This document shows positions 6,800-14,897 of a stretch of 26,313 bases of DNA, in pieces. The position numbers were made by a program, and so were the translations under genes. Position 1 is the first letter of the stretch. Each line of letters opens with the position of its first letter. Under the pieces are notes generated by a model. It made no database searches and was not told where the DNA came from. It saw nothing but the letters and a program-made list of their open reading frames with translations. Where the stretch lies: positions 1-26,313 of the IMG/VR virus record IMGVR_UViG_3300045253_000164. One strand, 5' to 3'. The stretch is from a virus (taxonomy: Duplodnaviria; Heunggongvirae; Uroviricota; Caudoviricetes).

Positions 6800-8275
6800 A
6801 TGCGCGTGAGCAGAATCAATATCAAGAATGTGATGGGCGTTACTGAGCTGGAGATTCAGCCCGGCGTCGTCACGTTAATCTCTGGCCGAAACGGTGCGTC
6901 CAAGACTTCGATCATCGAAGCTGTGCGCTCCGCACTTGGAAAGGGGCATGACGCTACGCTCCTTCGCGCGGGCGAAGAACGCGGCGACGTAGTGCTCGTT
7001 CTCGACGACGGGGCAGTCATCCGCGAGAAGATCACCGCCAAGGCGACTGAACGGAAAGTCGAGCACCCGACCTTCGGCAAGATCAGTAAGCCCGCCGACT
7101 ACCTGTCCAAGCTCATCACCGGCGAAGCCGCCAACCCCGTGGCCCTACTGACCACCAAAGGCCCGGAGCTGACCAAGCTGTTCCTCGAAGCTATCCCGCT
7201 GCACGTCACCTCACAGCAGATCGCCGCGATCACCGGGCAGCCGGGGCACGTCGAGTCCTACCGCTTCCCGTGCGAAACCCAACACGCGCTCGTTGTGTTG
7301 GCTGGTGTCGAGAAGAACCACTTCGACAAGCGTACCGACGTGAATCGGGGACTCAAGGAAAAGCAGGGTGCCATCGAGCAACTGACCGGCACGCTCCCCC
7401 CCATGCCCGAAGGCGGCGGCGATTGGGCGGCGACGGTGGAGGACCTGCAGCAGCAACGGGAAGCGCTGGCCGCACAGCGAGCCACGGCCCTGGCCACGGT
7501 CACCGCCGACACGGAACTGGCAGAGCAACGCCGGACCAACGAGCAGCAACAGGAAGCCCAGCGCATCAAGGCCGACATCACTGCCCGCAAGACCGCCATT
7601 GAGACGGAGTGCAACGCCGCCATCGAGCGCATCAAAGCCGACGCCGCACTGAAGCTGGAGTCGCTGAAAACCGAGCTGGCGCAACGGCTGGCAGAATCCG
7701 CCGACGCCCAGCAGGCGATTGCCGCCAAGGATACCGCCGAGCTGACCGAGCGCCGCGAGAACGTCGAGGCGCAATACCTGCCCCAGCTGGTGGAGCTGGA
7801 CCAGCGGCTGGCCGAAGCCTCAGCGAATCTCGAGCAGCAGAACCGCGCCCAAGGGCAACGCGACCTGGTCGCGCAGTACGCCGCCGACGCTGCGACGCTC
7901 GACGCGCAACGCACGAAGCTCACCGAGGTCATCGAAGGCATCCGGGCGTTGACGGTATCGCTGACGGCCAACCTGCCCATCAAGGGCGTGGAGATTGTCG
8001 ACGGTGAAGTGCGAGTGGATGGCGTGCCCTGGAATCGCGTGAATACCGCAAAAAGGATCCAGCTCGCCGTTGAAGTCGCCAAGCTGCACGCGGGGACACT
8101 CGGGCTGCTGCTCGTCGATGGGCTGGAGAATCTGGACCCGCCGACGTTCACCGCGTTCTGCAAGGAGATCGAAGCGTCGGGCTGCCAGCTCATCGGCGCC
8201 CGCGTGACGGAAGGGCCGTTGCGGGTGGAGTCGCATCAGGCGCCTGTCGGCGATGATGCAGGCGTGACGTTCTAG
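6800..8275 (+). CDS. SMC/SbcC/RecN-like ABC ATPase with central coiled coil
   Basis: N-terminal I.IKNVMGV, Walker A GRNGASKTS, long heptad region, Walker B LLLVDGLE and D-loop NLD. Confidence 0.88.
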   Translation: MRVSRINIKNVMGVTELEIQPGVVTLISGRNGASKTSIIEAVRSALGKGHDATLLRAGEERGDVVLVLDDGAVIREKITAKATERKVEHPTFGKISKPADYLSKLITGEAANPVALLTTKGPELTKLFLEAIPLHVTSQQIAAITGQPGHVESYRFPCETQHALVVLAGVEKNHFDKRTDVNRGLKEKQGAIEQLTGTLPPMPEGGGDWAATVEDLQQQREALAAQRATALATVTADTELAEQRRTNEQQQEAQRIKADITARKTAIETECNAAIERIKADAALKLESLKTELAQRLAESADAQQAIAAKDTAELTERRENVEAQYLPQLVELDQRLAEASANLEQQNRAQGQRDLVAQYAADAATLDAQRTKLTEVIEGIRALTVSLTANLPIKGVEIVDGEVRVDGVPWNRVNTAKRIQLAVEVAKLHAGTLGLLLVDGLENLDPPTFTAFCKEIEASGCQLIGARVTEGPLRVESHQAPVGDDAGVTF

Positions 8276-8300
8276 TCGAGCGCGAGCGCAAAGGAGGGGT

Positions 8301-9962
8301 GTGGTGGGGATGAACGTCGATGGTCTCATTGTGGATCTCTTCGCCGGCGGCGGCGGCGCGAGCGTGGGCATCGAAGCCGCGATCGGTCGCCCCGTCGACC
8401 TGGCGATCAATCACGACAAGGTCGCCATGGCCGTGCACAAGGCGAACCATCCGACGACGCAGCACCTGCCATCCGACATCTGGGAGGTTCGCCCGGAGGA
8501 TGCCACGCGCGGCCAGCCCGTCGATCTGCTCTGGGCCAGCCCGGACTGCACGCACTTCTCGGTCGCAAAGGGCGGCAAACCGCGCAAGCAGAAGATTCGC
8601 TCGCTCGCCTGGGCTGTCGTTCGTTGGGCGAAGGCGGTGCGCCCGCGCGTGATCTTCCTGGAAAACGTCAGCGAGTTTCGCGGATGGGGGCCGCTTGGTC
8701 CTGACGACAAACCCGACAAGAAGCGGATGGGCGAGACGTTCAAGCGGTGGAAGGCCAAGCTCGAACGCCTCGGCTACGACGTCGATTACCGCATCCTCGA
8801 CGCGTCGCTGTACGGCGCACCGACCCGCCGGCGCCGCTTGTTTCTCGTCGCGCGATGCGATGGGGAGGCGATCTGCTGGCCGGATCCCACGCACGGGCCG
8901 GGCAAGTTGCCGTTCCACACCGCGGCGGAGTGCATCGACTGGTCGATCCCGTGCCCGTCGATCTTCGACCGCAAGAAGCCGCTCGCGGAGAAGACGCTCT
9001 GGCGCATCGCGCAAGGGATTCGGCGTTTCGTGCTGGAGAACCCGGCGCCGTTCATCGTCAAGTTTCGCGGGAACTCCAGCGGCGCGGACATTGATGAACC
9101 GCTGCCGACCATCACTTCCGGTGCTGGGTCGCGGCGGCCGGCTGGGGCCGCGCACGCCCTTGGGATCGTCACCCCCAGCATCGTCAAGGTGAACTACGGC
9201 AAGCAGGAGGCGCGCGGCGAGGCAATCACCGAACCGCTGACCACGGTCACCGCAACTCAGCGCGGCCATGCACTCGTCGCGCCCACGCTGGTACAGACCA
9301 GCTACGGCGAACGGAAGGGGCAACGGCCGCGCTATCTGGACCTGCACCAGCCACTCGGCACCGTCGTGGCCGGCGGCCAGAAGCACGCGCTGGTCTCGAC
9401 CTTTCTGGCGAAGCACTTCGGCGGGCACATGACACCGGGCGCGCCCCTGGAGAAGCCCCTCGATACCGTCACCGCGCGCGACCACCATGCACTGGCTGCC
9501 GCGACGCTGGTGAAGTTCCGCGGCAACGAAGCGAATGGGCACCCCGGCTGCGCACCGGTCGATGAGCCGATGCCGACGCTCACGGCACACGGTACTCATA
9601 TCGCCGAGGTGCGCGCGTTCCTGACTGCGTACTACGGAGCCGACGGCACCGGGGGGCAGGAGCTGCTAGAGCCGCTGCGCACCATTACCACCAAGCACCG
9701 GCTCGGCTTGGTCACGATCGAGGGCACCGACTACCAGATCGTCGACATCGGCATGCGCATGTTGCAGCCGCACGAGTTGCTCCGCGCGCAGTTCGGGCGC
9801 TTCGCCGCCGGCTACGATCTCTCAGCCGCGGTCGGCAAACGCGGCAAGCGGACGCAAGAAGCGCAGGTGCGGCTGATCGGCAATAGCGTGTGCCCCGAAG
9901 TTGCCGAAGCCGTGATCGCAGCGAATCTGCCGACCGATGAAGCGAAGAGATATGCAGCCTAA
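8301..9962 (+). CDS. DNA (cytosine-5) methyltransferase
   Basis: Motif I DLFAGGGG, motif IV SPDCTHFS, motif VI ENV, motif VIII RRRLF and motif X GNSV. AAGGAGG RBS. The start could be GTG 8301 or ATG 8310. Confidence 0.95.
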   Translation: MVGMNVDGLIVDLFAGGGGASVGIEAAIGRPVDLAINHDKVAMAVHKANHPTTQHLPSDIWEVRPEDATRGQPVDLLWASPDCTHFSVAKGGKPRKQKIRSLAWAVVRWAKAVRPRVIFLENVSEFRGWGPLGPDDKPDKKRMGETFKRWKAKLERLGYDVDYRILDASLYGAPTRRRRLFLVARCDGEAICWPDPTHGPGKLPFHTAAECIDWSIPCPSIFDRKKPLAEKTLWRIAQGIRRFVLENPAPFIVKFRGNSSGADIDEPLPTITSGAGSRRPAGAAHALGIVTPSIVKVNYGKQEARGEAITEPLTTVTATQRGHALVAPTLVQTSYGERKGQRPRYLDLHQPLGTVVAGGQKHALVSTFLAKHFGGHMTPGAPLEKPLDTVTARDHHALAAATLVKFRGNEANGHPGCAPVDEPMPTLTAHGTHIAEVRAFLTAYYGADGTGGQELLEPLRTITTKHRLGLVTIEGTDYQIVDIGMRMLQPHELLRAQFGRFAAGYDLSAAVGKRGKRTQEAQVRLIGNSVCPEVAEAVIAANLPTDEAKRYAA

Positions 9963-9977
9963 CCCACAGGAGGACCC

Positions 9978-10235
9978 ATGCTCGACCTCGACCCCAAGTA
10001 CACCCTGACCGGCGCCGGCAGCTGCATCGCCACGGTCACCGACGGCAGCCTCGTCGATGATGCCATTATCTTCCGCGCCCAGGACAACGCCTTCGCTGCG
10101 GCACTCCCCGGTTACCTAGCCATGTGCAAGGCCTTGGGCTGCAGCGACGATCATCTCAAGGGCGTGGAGACGTTGATTGACCGGGTGACTGTCTGGCGAC
10201 AGGAGCACCCAGAGCGCTGCAAGGTGCCGGATTGA
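9978..10235 (+). CDS. phage hypothetical protein (FRAQD...K.PD)
   Basis: AGGAGG RBS and a recognisable FxxRAQD...Y...H...W....KxPD pattern. Confidence 0.75.
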   Translation: MLDLDPKYTLTGAGSCIATVTDGSLVDDAIIFRAQDNAFAAALPGYLAMCKALGCSDDHLKGVETLIDRVTVWRQEHPERCKVPD

Positions 10236-10672
10236 TGCGCGCCCTTAGTCTCACCGAGCCCTTTGCGACGCTGGTCGCGATCGGCGCCAAGTGCTGGGAG
10301 ACCCGCCAGTGGCGCGGCCCATATCGCGGGCCGATCGCGATCCACGCGGCGAAACGCTTCCCGCCGGAGTGTCGCGGGCTCTGTGAGGGCGAGCCCTTCA
10401 AGACCGCACTCGGTGGCGCGCGGTTTGGGCACCTCGGCCACATCATCGCCATCGCCGAGCTGACCGACATGGTCCGCATCACCGACGCCAACGCACCGGA
10501 CGAACCCGAGCGCAGCTTCGGCGACTACACACCCGGCCGCTTCATGTGGCGGCTCGACCACGTGCGCCGGCTGCCGACGCCGATCGCGTGCAAGGGCGCA
10601 CTGGGGCTGTGGGTGGTGCCAGCGGAAACACTCGCGCTCATCAACGACCAACTGGAGAGGGGAGGATTGTAG
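10235..10672 (+). CDS. ASCH domain protein
   Basis: ALSLTEPFA.LV..GAK.WETR.W...YRGPIAIHA is the ASCH signature. TGATG coupling. Confidence 0.9.
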   Translation: MRALSLTEPFATLVAIGAKCWETRQWRGPYRGPIAIHAAKRFPPECRGLCEGEPFKTALGGARFGHLGHIIAIAELTDMVRITDANAPDEPERSFGDYTPGRFMWRLDHVRRLPTPIACKGALGLWVVPAETLALINDQLERGGL

Positions 10673-10675
10673 ACA

Positions 10676-11197
10676 ATGCCGACGACGTACGAAGCCTGCG
10701 GAGATGACGTCAACGACCTGATCGCGCAGGTAATGGCGAAACACCATGGCGAACTGCTGCGGCTCGAAACCACGGTGGCCGCGGTGTTCGTGTCGAAGAC
10801 GGACAAGGACGGTGCCTCCGAGATCGGTTTGAAGCGCAACGGTCTGCCAGCGGCGGCAAAGATCGGTATCACCCCGCTCGCCGATCGCGCCCGCGGCATG
10901 GCCGATGCGAAGCTGACGATCGACGACTACGCCTGGCGGCGGCTGAACGAGAATCAACGCGCTGCGCTGATCGACCACGAGCTGCAACACCTGGAGCCGA
11001 ACCCCAAGGAAGACGAGGACGGCAACACGGAAGAGAGCGACGATCTCGGTCGTCCGCGCCTGAAGCTGCGGCCACACGATTGGGAGTTGGCCGGCTTTCA
11101 GGCTGTCGTGGAGCGTCATGGCGAGAGCGCGATCGAGGCGCTGGAGGTCGCGCGGTTCCGGGCCACCTTCAGTCAGCTGAACCTCTTCCCGGCGTGA
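10676..11197 (+). CDS. putative phage metallopeptidase (PhageMetallopep-like)
   Basis: ALIDHELQHL...RPHD.E..GF..VVERHG is the pattern of the phage putative metallopeptidase family. Confidence 0.85.
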   Translation: MPTTYEACGDDVNDLIAQVMAKHHGELLRLETTVAAVFVSKTDKDGASEIGLKRNGLPAAAKIGITPLADRARGMADAKLTIDDYAWRRLNENQRAALIDHELQHLEPNPKEDEDGNTEESDDLGRPRLKLRPHDWELAGFQAVVERHGESAIEALEVARFRATFSQLNLFPA

Positions 11198-11203
11198 CCC
11201 CTG

Positions 11204-11557
11204 ATGGCCGTCAGTCTCGCCTCGCTCCGCGCCCTCAGCGCCGCCCGCATCCGCGAGCGCGATCTACAGGAGTGTCTGCGGCAGCTCTGCAAGACGCACC
11301 GGTGGAAGTACTACCACACGCACCGCTCGCAACATTCCCCGGCGGGATTTCCCGACACGGTTGCGCTCCCGCCACTGCGGACGGTCTACGCCGAGCTGAA
11401 GCGCGAGCATGAAGAGCCGAGCGAGGACCAGCGCGAGTGGCTGTGGGCGCTCGCCGAGCGCGGCCACGAAGTCTACCTGTGGCGGCCGTCGCATTGGCTC
11501 GCCGGCACGATCGAGATGACGTTGCGACATGGGCCCGACCGGGCGGCGTGGCGATGA
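11204..11557 (+). CDS. VRR-NUC family (PD-(D/E)xK) nuclease
   Basis: E..LQ...YHT..S..S..GFPD....AELK......S..Q..WL..L...VYLWRP. Confidence 0.88.
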   Translation: MAVSLASLRALSAARIRERDLQECLRQLCKTHRWKYYHTHRSQHSPAGFPDTVALPPLRTVYAELKREHEEPSEDQREWLWALAERGHEVYLWRPSHWLAGTIEMTLRHGPDRAAWR

Positions 11558-11608
11558 CAACGACTCAAAGGCAGCCGATGGCGAGGCGGCAGAAGGAGGT
11601 GTTGACGT

Positions 11609-11959
11609 GTGGTCTGGATAGGAGTGGGAGGCGTCGCATTCGCGGCATGGGTGATCCTGGCGCTCTGGAGAATAGAGCGCGGGCAACGGCAGTTACTACG
11701 TCTCGCACAGGCGAGCCAAACCCTGATCGAAGGAGAACGGATGGACCTCGCAACAATTCAACAGAAGGTGAACGACTTGACGACCGTCGAGGAGTCCGCC
11801 GAAACGCTGCTCGGCGAACTGTCGACCGAGTTGAAGGCAGCGCTGGCGAACAACGACCAAGCGGCGCTGCAAGACATCGCCGACAAGCTCGACGCCGGGA
11901 AGGCTGGGCTCGCGGCGGCCGTGGCAGCGAACACACTGACGGCGCAACCGGCGGCGTAA
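11609..11959 (+). CDS. N-terminal TM + coiled-coil protein; an internal in-frame start at 11741 has its own RBS
   Basis: AAGGAGGT lies 8 nt before GTG 11609. AAGGAG lies 5 nt before ATG 11741 (MDLATIQQKV...). Confidence 0.7.
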   Translation: MVWIGVGGVAFAAWVILALWRIERGQRQLLRLAQASQTLIEGERMDLATIQQKVNDLTTVEESAETLLGELSTELKAALANNDQAALQDIADKLDAGKAGLAAAVAANTLTAQPAA

Positions 11960-12008
11960 CCGAGTTGGGAGCCCTGTCGACGAACCGCGTTAGAACGTAC
12001 GAGTTCAA

Positions 12009-12105
12009 GGGTGAGGGACTGGCCCCAGGGCCGCAGCGGTCCTCACCCGGCCAGCGGCAGGAACGGGACGGCTGTAATGGTGCAGCCGTCCTGACTCCCG
12101 CTTTT
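12009..12105 (+). other. two strong stem-loops in a ~170-nt intergenic region; the second is followed by TTTT (terminator, attenuator or small RNA)
   Basis: GGGTGAGG (12009-16) pairs with CCTCACCC (12041-48). 12065-76 pairs with 12081-92 (12 bp including 2 G-U pairs, 4-nt loop). TTTT follows at 12102-05. Confidence 0.45.
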
Positions 12106-12129
12106 CACGGCAAAGGAGAGGTTGAACCC

Positions 12130-12540
12130 ATGACGAAGGAAGAGCTGGCAGCGCAACTTAACGGCCGCACCATTGGTCAGGAAATCACGGACGATGAAGC
12201 AGCCGCAGCGAAGGCCGCCGGGCTGGTTGTTGTGTTCGGTGCCTCCGATGACCTCATGGAATTCAGGGGCGCGATCGAGGACGAGGCCGGAGCGTATGAC
12301 GGTGGCGAAGCACAGGTGGACGCCAAGGGATTGCTCCCGGATCGGGGGAGCATCGACGATGATGACCGCCTGGAGGACTTCTTCATGCGTCGCAAGACGG
12401 CGCAGAAGATCGAGGCGCACTGGTGCAAGGCGCCTCCGTTCGCTTGGACTTTCTCGACAGAGATCCCGCACGCCACCTTCACCATCGTCGAGGACGGCGA
12501 CCCGTGGTGCCAGGGCATCGTGTTCGAGTTGCCGAAGTGA
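12130..12540 (+). CDS. conserved phage protein (VFGASDDLMEF family)
   Basis: GLVVVFGASDDLMEFRGAI.DE...W...T.IPHATF.I.EDG..WC.GIVF is a common phage family. AAGGAG RBS. Confidence 0.85.
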   Translation: MTKEELAAQLNGRTIGQEITDDEAAAAKAAGLVVVFGASDDLMEFRGAIEDEAGAYDGGEAQVDAKGLLPDRGSIDDDDRLEDFFMRRKTAQKIEAHWCKAPPFAWTFSTEIPHATFTIVEDGDPWCQGIVFELPK

Positions 12541-12752
12541 CCTGCACCATCTGTCACACCGAAGGCCAAGACCACGCCACCGCCTTGGGCTGCGTAGAGT
12601 ACCTGACGGGGCTGCTTGCTACCATGCGCGCTGACGCCACGGCGGCTGAACGGGAGCGCTGCGCAAAGGTCGCGCTCGAATGGGAGAAGGGCGGCGACCT
12701 GATGCAGAAGCTGACCGCTGGCAAGATCGCGACCGCGATTCGGAACGGGTGA
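12537..12752 (+). CDS. hypothetical protein (CTICH...H...C; ERERCAK)
   Basis: GTGA coupling at 12537. Confidence 0.65.
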   Translation: MTCTICHTEGQDHATALGCVEYLTGLLATMRADATAAERERCAKVALEWEKGGDLMQKLTAGKIATAIRNG

Positions 12753-12753
12753 G

Positions 12754-13152
12754 ATGGACAAGCGCACTGAGAACTGGATCGCCGAGACGTTGATCCACTA
12801 CGGGCTCGCGAAGGAAGGCGCAAAGGCGCTGTGCGGTAGCGAGAAAGGCCGACGCCGCACCGCCGTCGCATTGGTCGAGTGCAACTACTGCTTGAATTGC
12901 ATCGACAACCTGGTGCAGGCGCAGATGGACAAGAGCGGCAAGCTCAAGGCCAGCCGACCGCAGAAGCCACGCCACAACTGCGAACGCTACGCGCCGCCAG
13001 ACTTTCTCACGTCCGGCCACCGACAACCGGGTGAGCGCTGGACGTGTCCGAAGTGCGGCACCGTCTGGGTGCACGACTGTGACGAAGCGGAAGGCTGCTG
13101 CTGGGTGCCGGCGAAACGGCAAGCGGCGGTGCCGAAGAAACGGGTGGGGTGA
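12754..13152 (+). CDS. Cys-rich hypothetical protein
   Basis: CNYCLNC and CPKC...H...CC motifs. Starts 1 nt after the upstream stop. Confidence 0.65.
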   Translation: MDKRTENWIAETLIHYGLAKEGAKALCGSEKGRRRTAVALVECNYCLNCIDNLVQAQMDKSGKLKASRPQKPRHNCERYAPPDFLTSGHRQPGERWTCPKCGTVWVHDCDEAEGCCWVPAKRQAAVPKKRVG

Positions 13153-13155
13153 AGG

Positions 13156-14196
13156 ATGAGCGCCGACAGCAAGATCGAATGGACCGATTCAACTTGGAAC
13201 CCGCTGCGCGGCTGCTCACGCGTATCGCCGGGCTGCCAGCATTGCTACGCCGAGCGCGTCGCCGCACGCTTCCGCGGCCCCGGCCAACGCTTTGAAGGGC
13301 TCGTCAAGACCCACCCGAGCGGCGAGCCGCGGTGGACCGGCAAGATTCAGCTCGTCCCGGGGAAGCTCGACGAGCCGCTGCGCTGGCGGCGGCCGCGCCG
13401 CATCTTCGTCAACTCGATGAGCGACCTCTTCCACGAGGGCGTGCCGGACGAGTACATCGCCGCGGTGTTCGGGGTGATGGCGGCGTGCCCGCAGCACACG
13501 TTTCAAATCCTCACCAAGCGTGCGGAGCGGATGCGTCGGTGGTTCGAGCTGTATGCGGACGGGTTTGGGCCGTCGCTCGATCCGCCGGTGATGAAAGCGA
13601 CGCTGTGGATCGAAGCACAGAGGCGACTCGACGTGCCAATGAAGGCGCGGGTAGACCCCCGCGCCTATGGTGGCGAACGCCCCTGGCCGCTGCCGAACGT
13701 GTGGCTGGGCGTCAGCGTCGAGAACCAGGAGCAAGCCGACGTGCGGATTTCCGAGCTATTGCAGACGCCGACGGCGGTGAGGTTCCTGAGCGTCGAGCCG
13801 CTGCTGGGACCGGCGGATCTAACCAGGTGGCTTACCGAGTTGTGTCCGGACTGCGGGGGCACCGGCGAGTGCAGCGCTCAGAACCACGACGATCCGAAGT
13901 TTTCTCCATGCGCACAGTGCGCCGGCCCGTATGCGCGCTTGCGGGCTGGTCGCGTACGAGCGTCGGACCCGCGGCTTCACTGGTGCATCGTCGGCTCCGA
14001 GAGCGGTCCCGGCGCGCGACCGATGCACGTCGAGTGGGCGCGCAGCATCGTCGACCAATGCCTGGCGGCTGGCGTGCCGATGTTCACGAAGCAGATCGCC
14101 ACACCGGAAGGTCGGGCAGCTGGCGATCGCAAAGGCGGTGATCCGCTGCACTGGCCTGCCGGGGAGTGGCCCCGGCAGTTTCCCGAGGTCCCATGA
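13156..14196 (+). CDS. DUF5131 (phage Gp37/Gp68) family protein
   Basis: SKIEWTD.TWNP..GC..VSPGC.HCYAE, FVNSMSDLFH, FQILTKR, NVWLGVSVENQ, RFLSVEPLLG and IVGSESG. Confidence 0.95.
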   Translation: MSADSKIEWTDSTWNPLRGCSRVSPGCQHCYAERVAARFRGPGQRFEGLVKTHPSGEPRWTGKIQLVPGKLDEPLRWRRPRRIFVNSMSDLFHEGVPDEYIAAVFGVMAACPQHTFQILTKRAERMRRWFELYADGFGPSLDPPVMKATLWIEAQRRLDVPMKARVDPRAYGGERPWPLPNVWLGVSVENQEQADVRISELLQTPTAVRFLSVEPLLGPADLTRWLTELCPDCGGTGECSAQNHDDPKFSPCAQCAGPYARLRAGRVRASDPRLHWCIVGSESGPGARPMHVEWARSIVDQCLAAGVPMFTKQIATPEGRAAGDRKGGDPLHWPAGEWPRQFPEVP

Positions 14197-14294
14197 TCAC
14201 CGTCGCTCATCCTTCACCGGCAACCGCCGGCGGCCTGCTGATCGCCGGCCTGGTCCTGCTGCTCTGCGGGTTGGCGTGGGTGATCCTCGGCTAG
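14193..14294 (+). CDS. 33-aa single-TM peptide
   Basis: ATGA coupling at 14193. Translation is MITVAHPSPATAGGLLIAGLVLLLCGLAWVILG. Confidence 0.55.
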   Translation: MITVAHPSPATAGGLLIAGLVLLLCGLAWVILG

Positions 14295-14728
14295 TGATGC
14301 CCGCCCTGCGGGAGATGCCGCAGCCAATCCCAGAGCGCCGAGGCCGCCGACTGTAACATCGCCCCGCCGATGGTCACGGCGGACAGCATCAGCGCCCACC
14401 AGCCTTTGGTACGCTCGATGGCGATCGCGCCGTCCGACTCTTGCGCCCCATGTCGCATTTCCCAAATCTGCCGCTGGAGCCCTTCGTCAATCCCTTCCCG
14501 GAATCGCGCGCCGGTTTCGACGGCGGATAGGCGCCCGTGGAAATCGAGACGGACTTGCGTCAGCTCCCGGCGAATATCGTCAAGGCTGTTCGTGACGTGC
14601 GCAACGGAGGCCTCTGTGCGATCCAGGCTGGCTTGCAGCGTGCGCATCGCCTCTTGGTGTGCCTCCCCATTGCGGACGGCATCCTCGAGGGCCGCAATCG
14701 CACGTTCGAGCCGTTCATCGACCGACAC
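14291..14728 (-). CDS. coiled-coil protein with C-terminal TM segment (type often found near lysis genes)
   Basis: GGGAGG RBS, long heptad region, then WWALMLSAVTIGGAMLQSAASALW. Confidence 0.7.
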   Translation of the reverse strand: MSVDERLERAIAALEDAVRNGEAHQEAMRTLQASLDRTEASVAHVTNSLDDIRRELTQVRLDFHGRLSAVETGARFREGIDEGLQRQIWEMRHGAQESDGAIAIERTKGWWALMLSAVTIGGAMLQSAASALWDWLRHLPQGGHH

Positions 14729-14897
14729 CCTCAGCCTCCCTCACCAGGAGCCGGAGGCGGAGATTCATGGTCTGCAGCCGCCGCTTGAGCCGTTCGACGC
14801 GCTGGCGAAAGACGTTGCGCTCGTGTGCCTGAATGCGCAAGCGCAACAGCAGTACCGTCGCGCGATCGAGCTGCACCATGAGGGCGTCGGGCTGCAT
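14715..14897 (-). CDS. small basic helical protein (60 aa)
   Basis: GC3-rich codons. Abuts the upstream stop. Confidence 0.55.
   Translation of the reverse strand: MQPDALMVQLDRATVLLLRLRIQAHERNVFRQRVERLKRRLQTMNLRLRLLVREAEGVGR

Noticed and set aside
8190-9599. 469-aa - strand ORF
   Set aside because: Antisense shadow of the C5 methyltransferase, which has all canonical motifs.
11990-12050. tRNA suggested by GAGTTCAAG (T-loop-like) and nearby hairpins
   Set aside because: No T-stem pairing, acceptor stem or cloverleaf could be built.
11554-12540. ATGA-coupled frame from 11554 reading through into the 12130 gene
   Set aside because: Its codons begin at the third position of the nested GC3-rich gene, where T is rare, so a lack of stops is expected. 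The 12130 gene has its own strong RBS.
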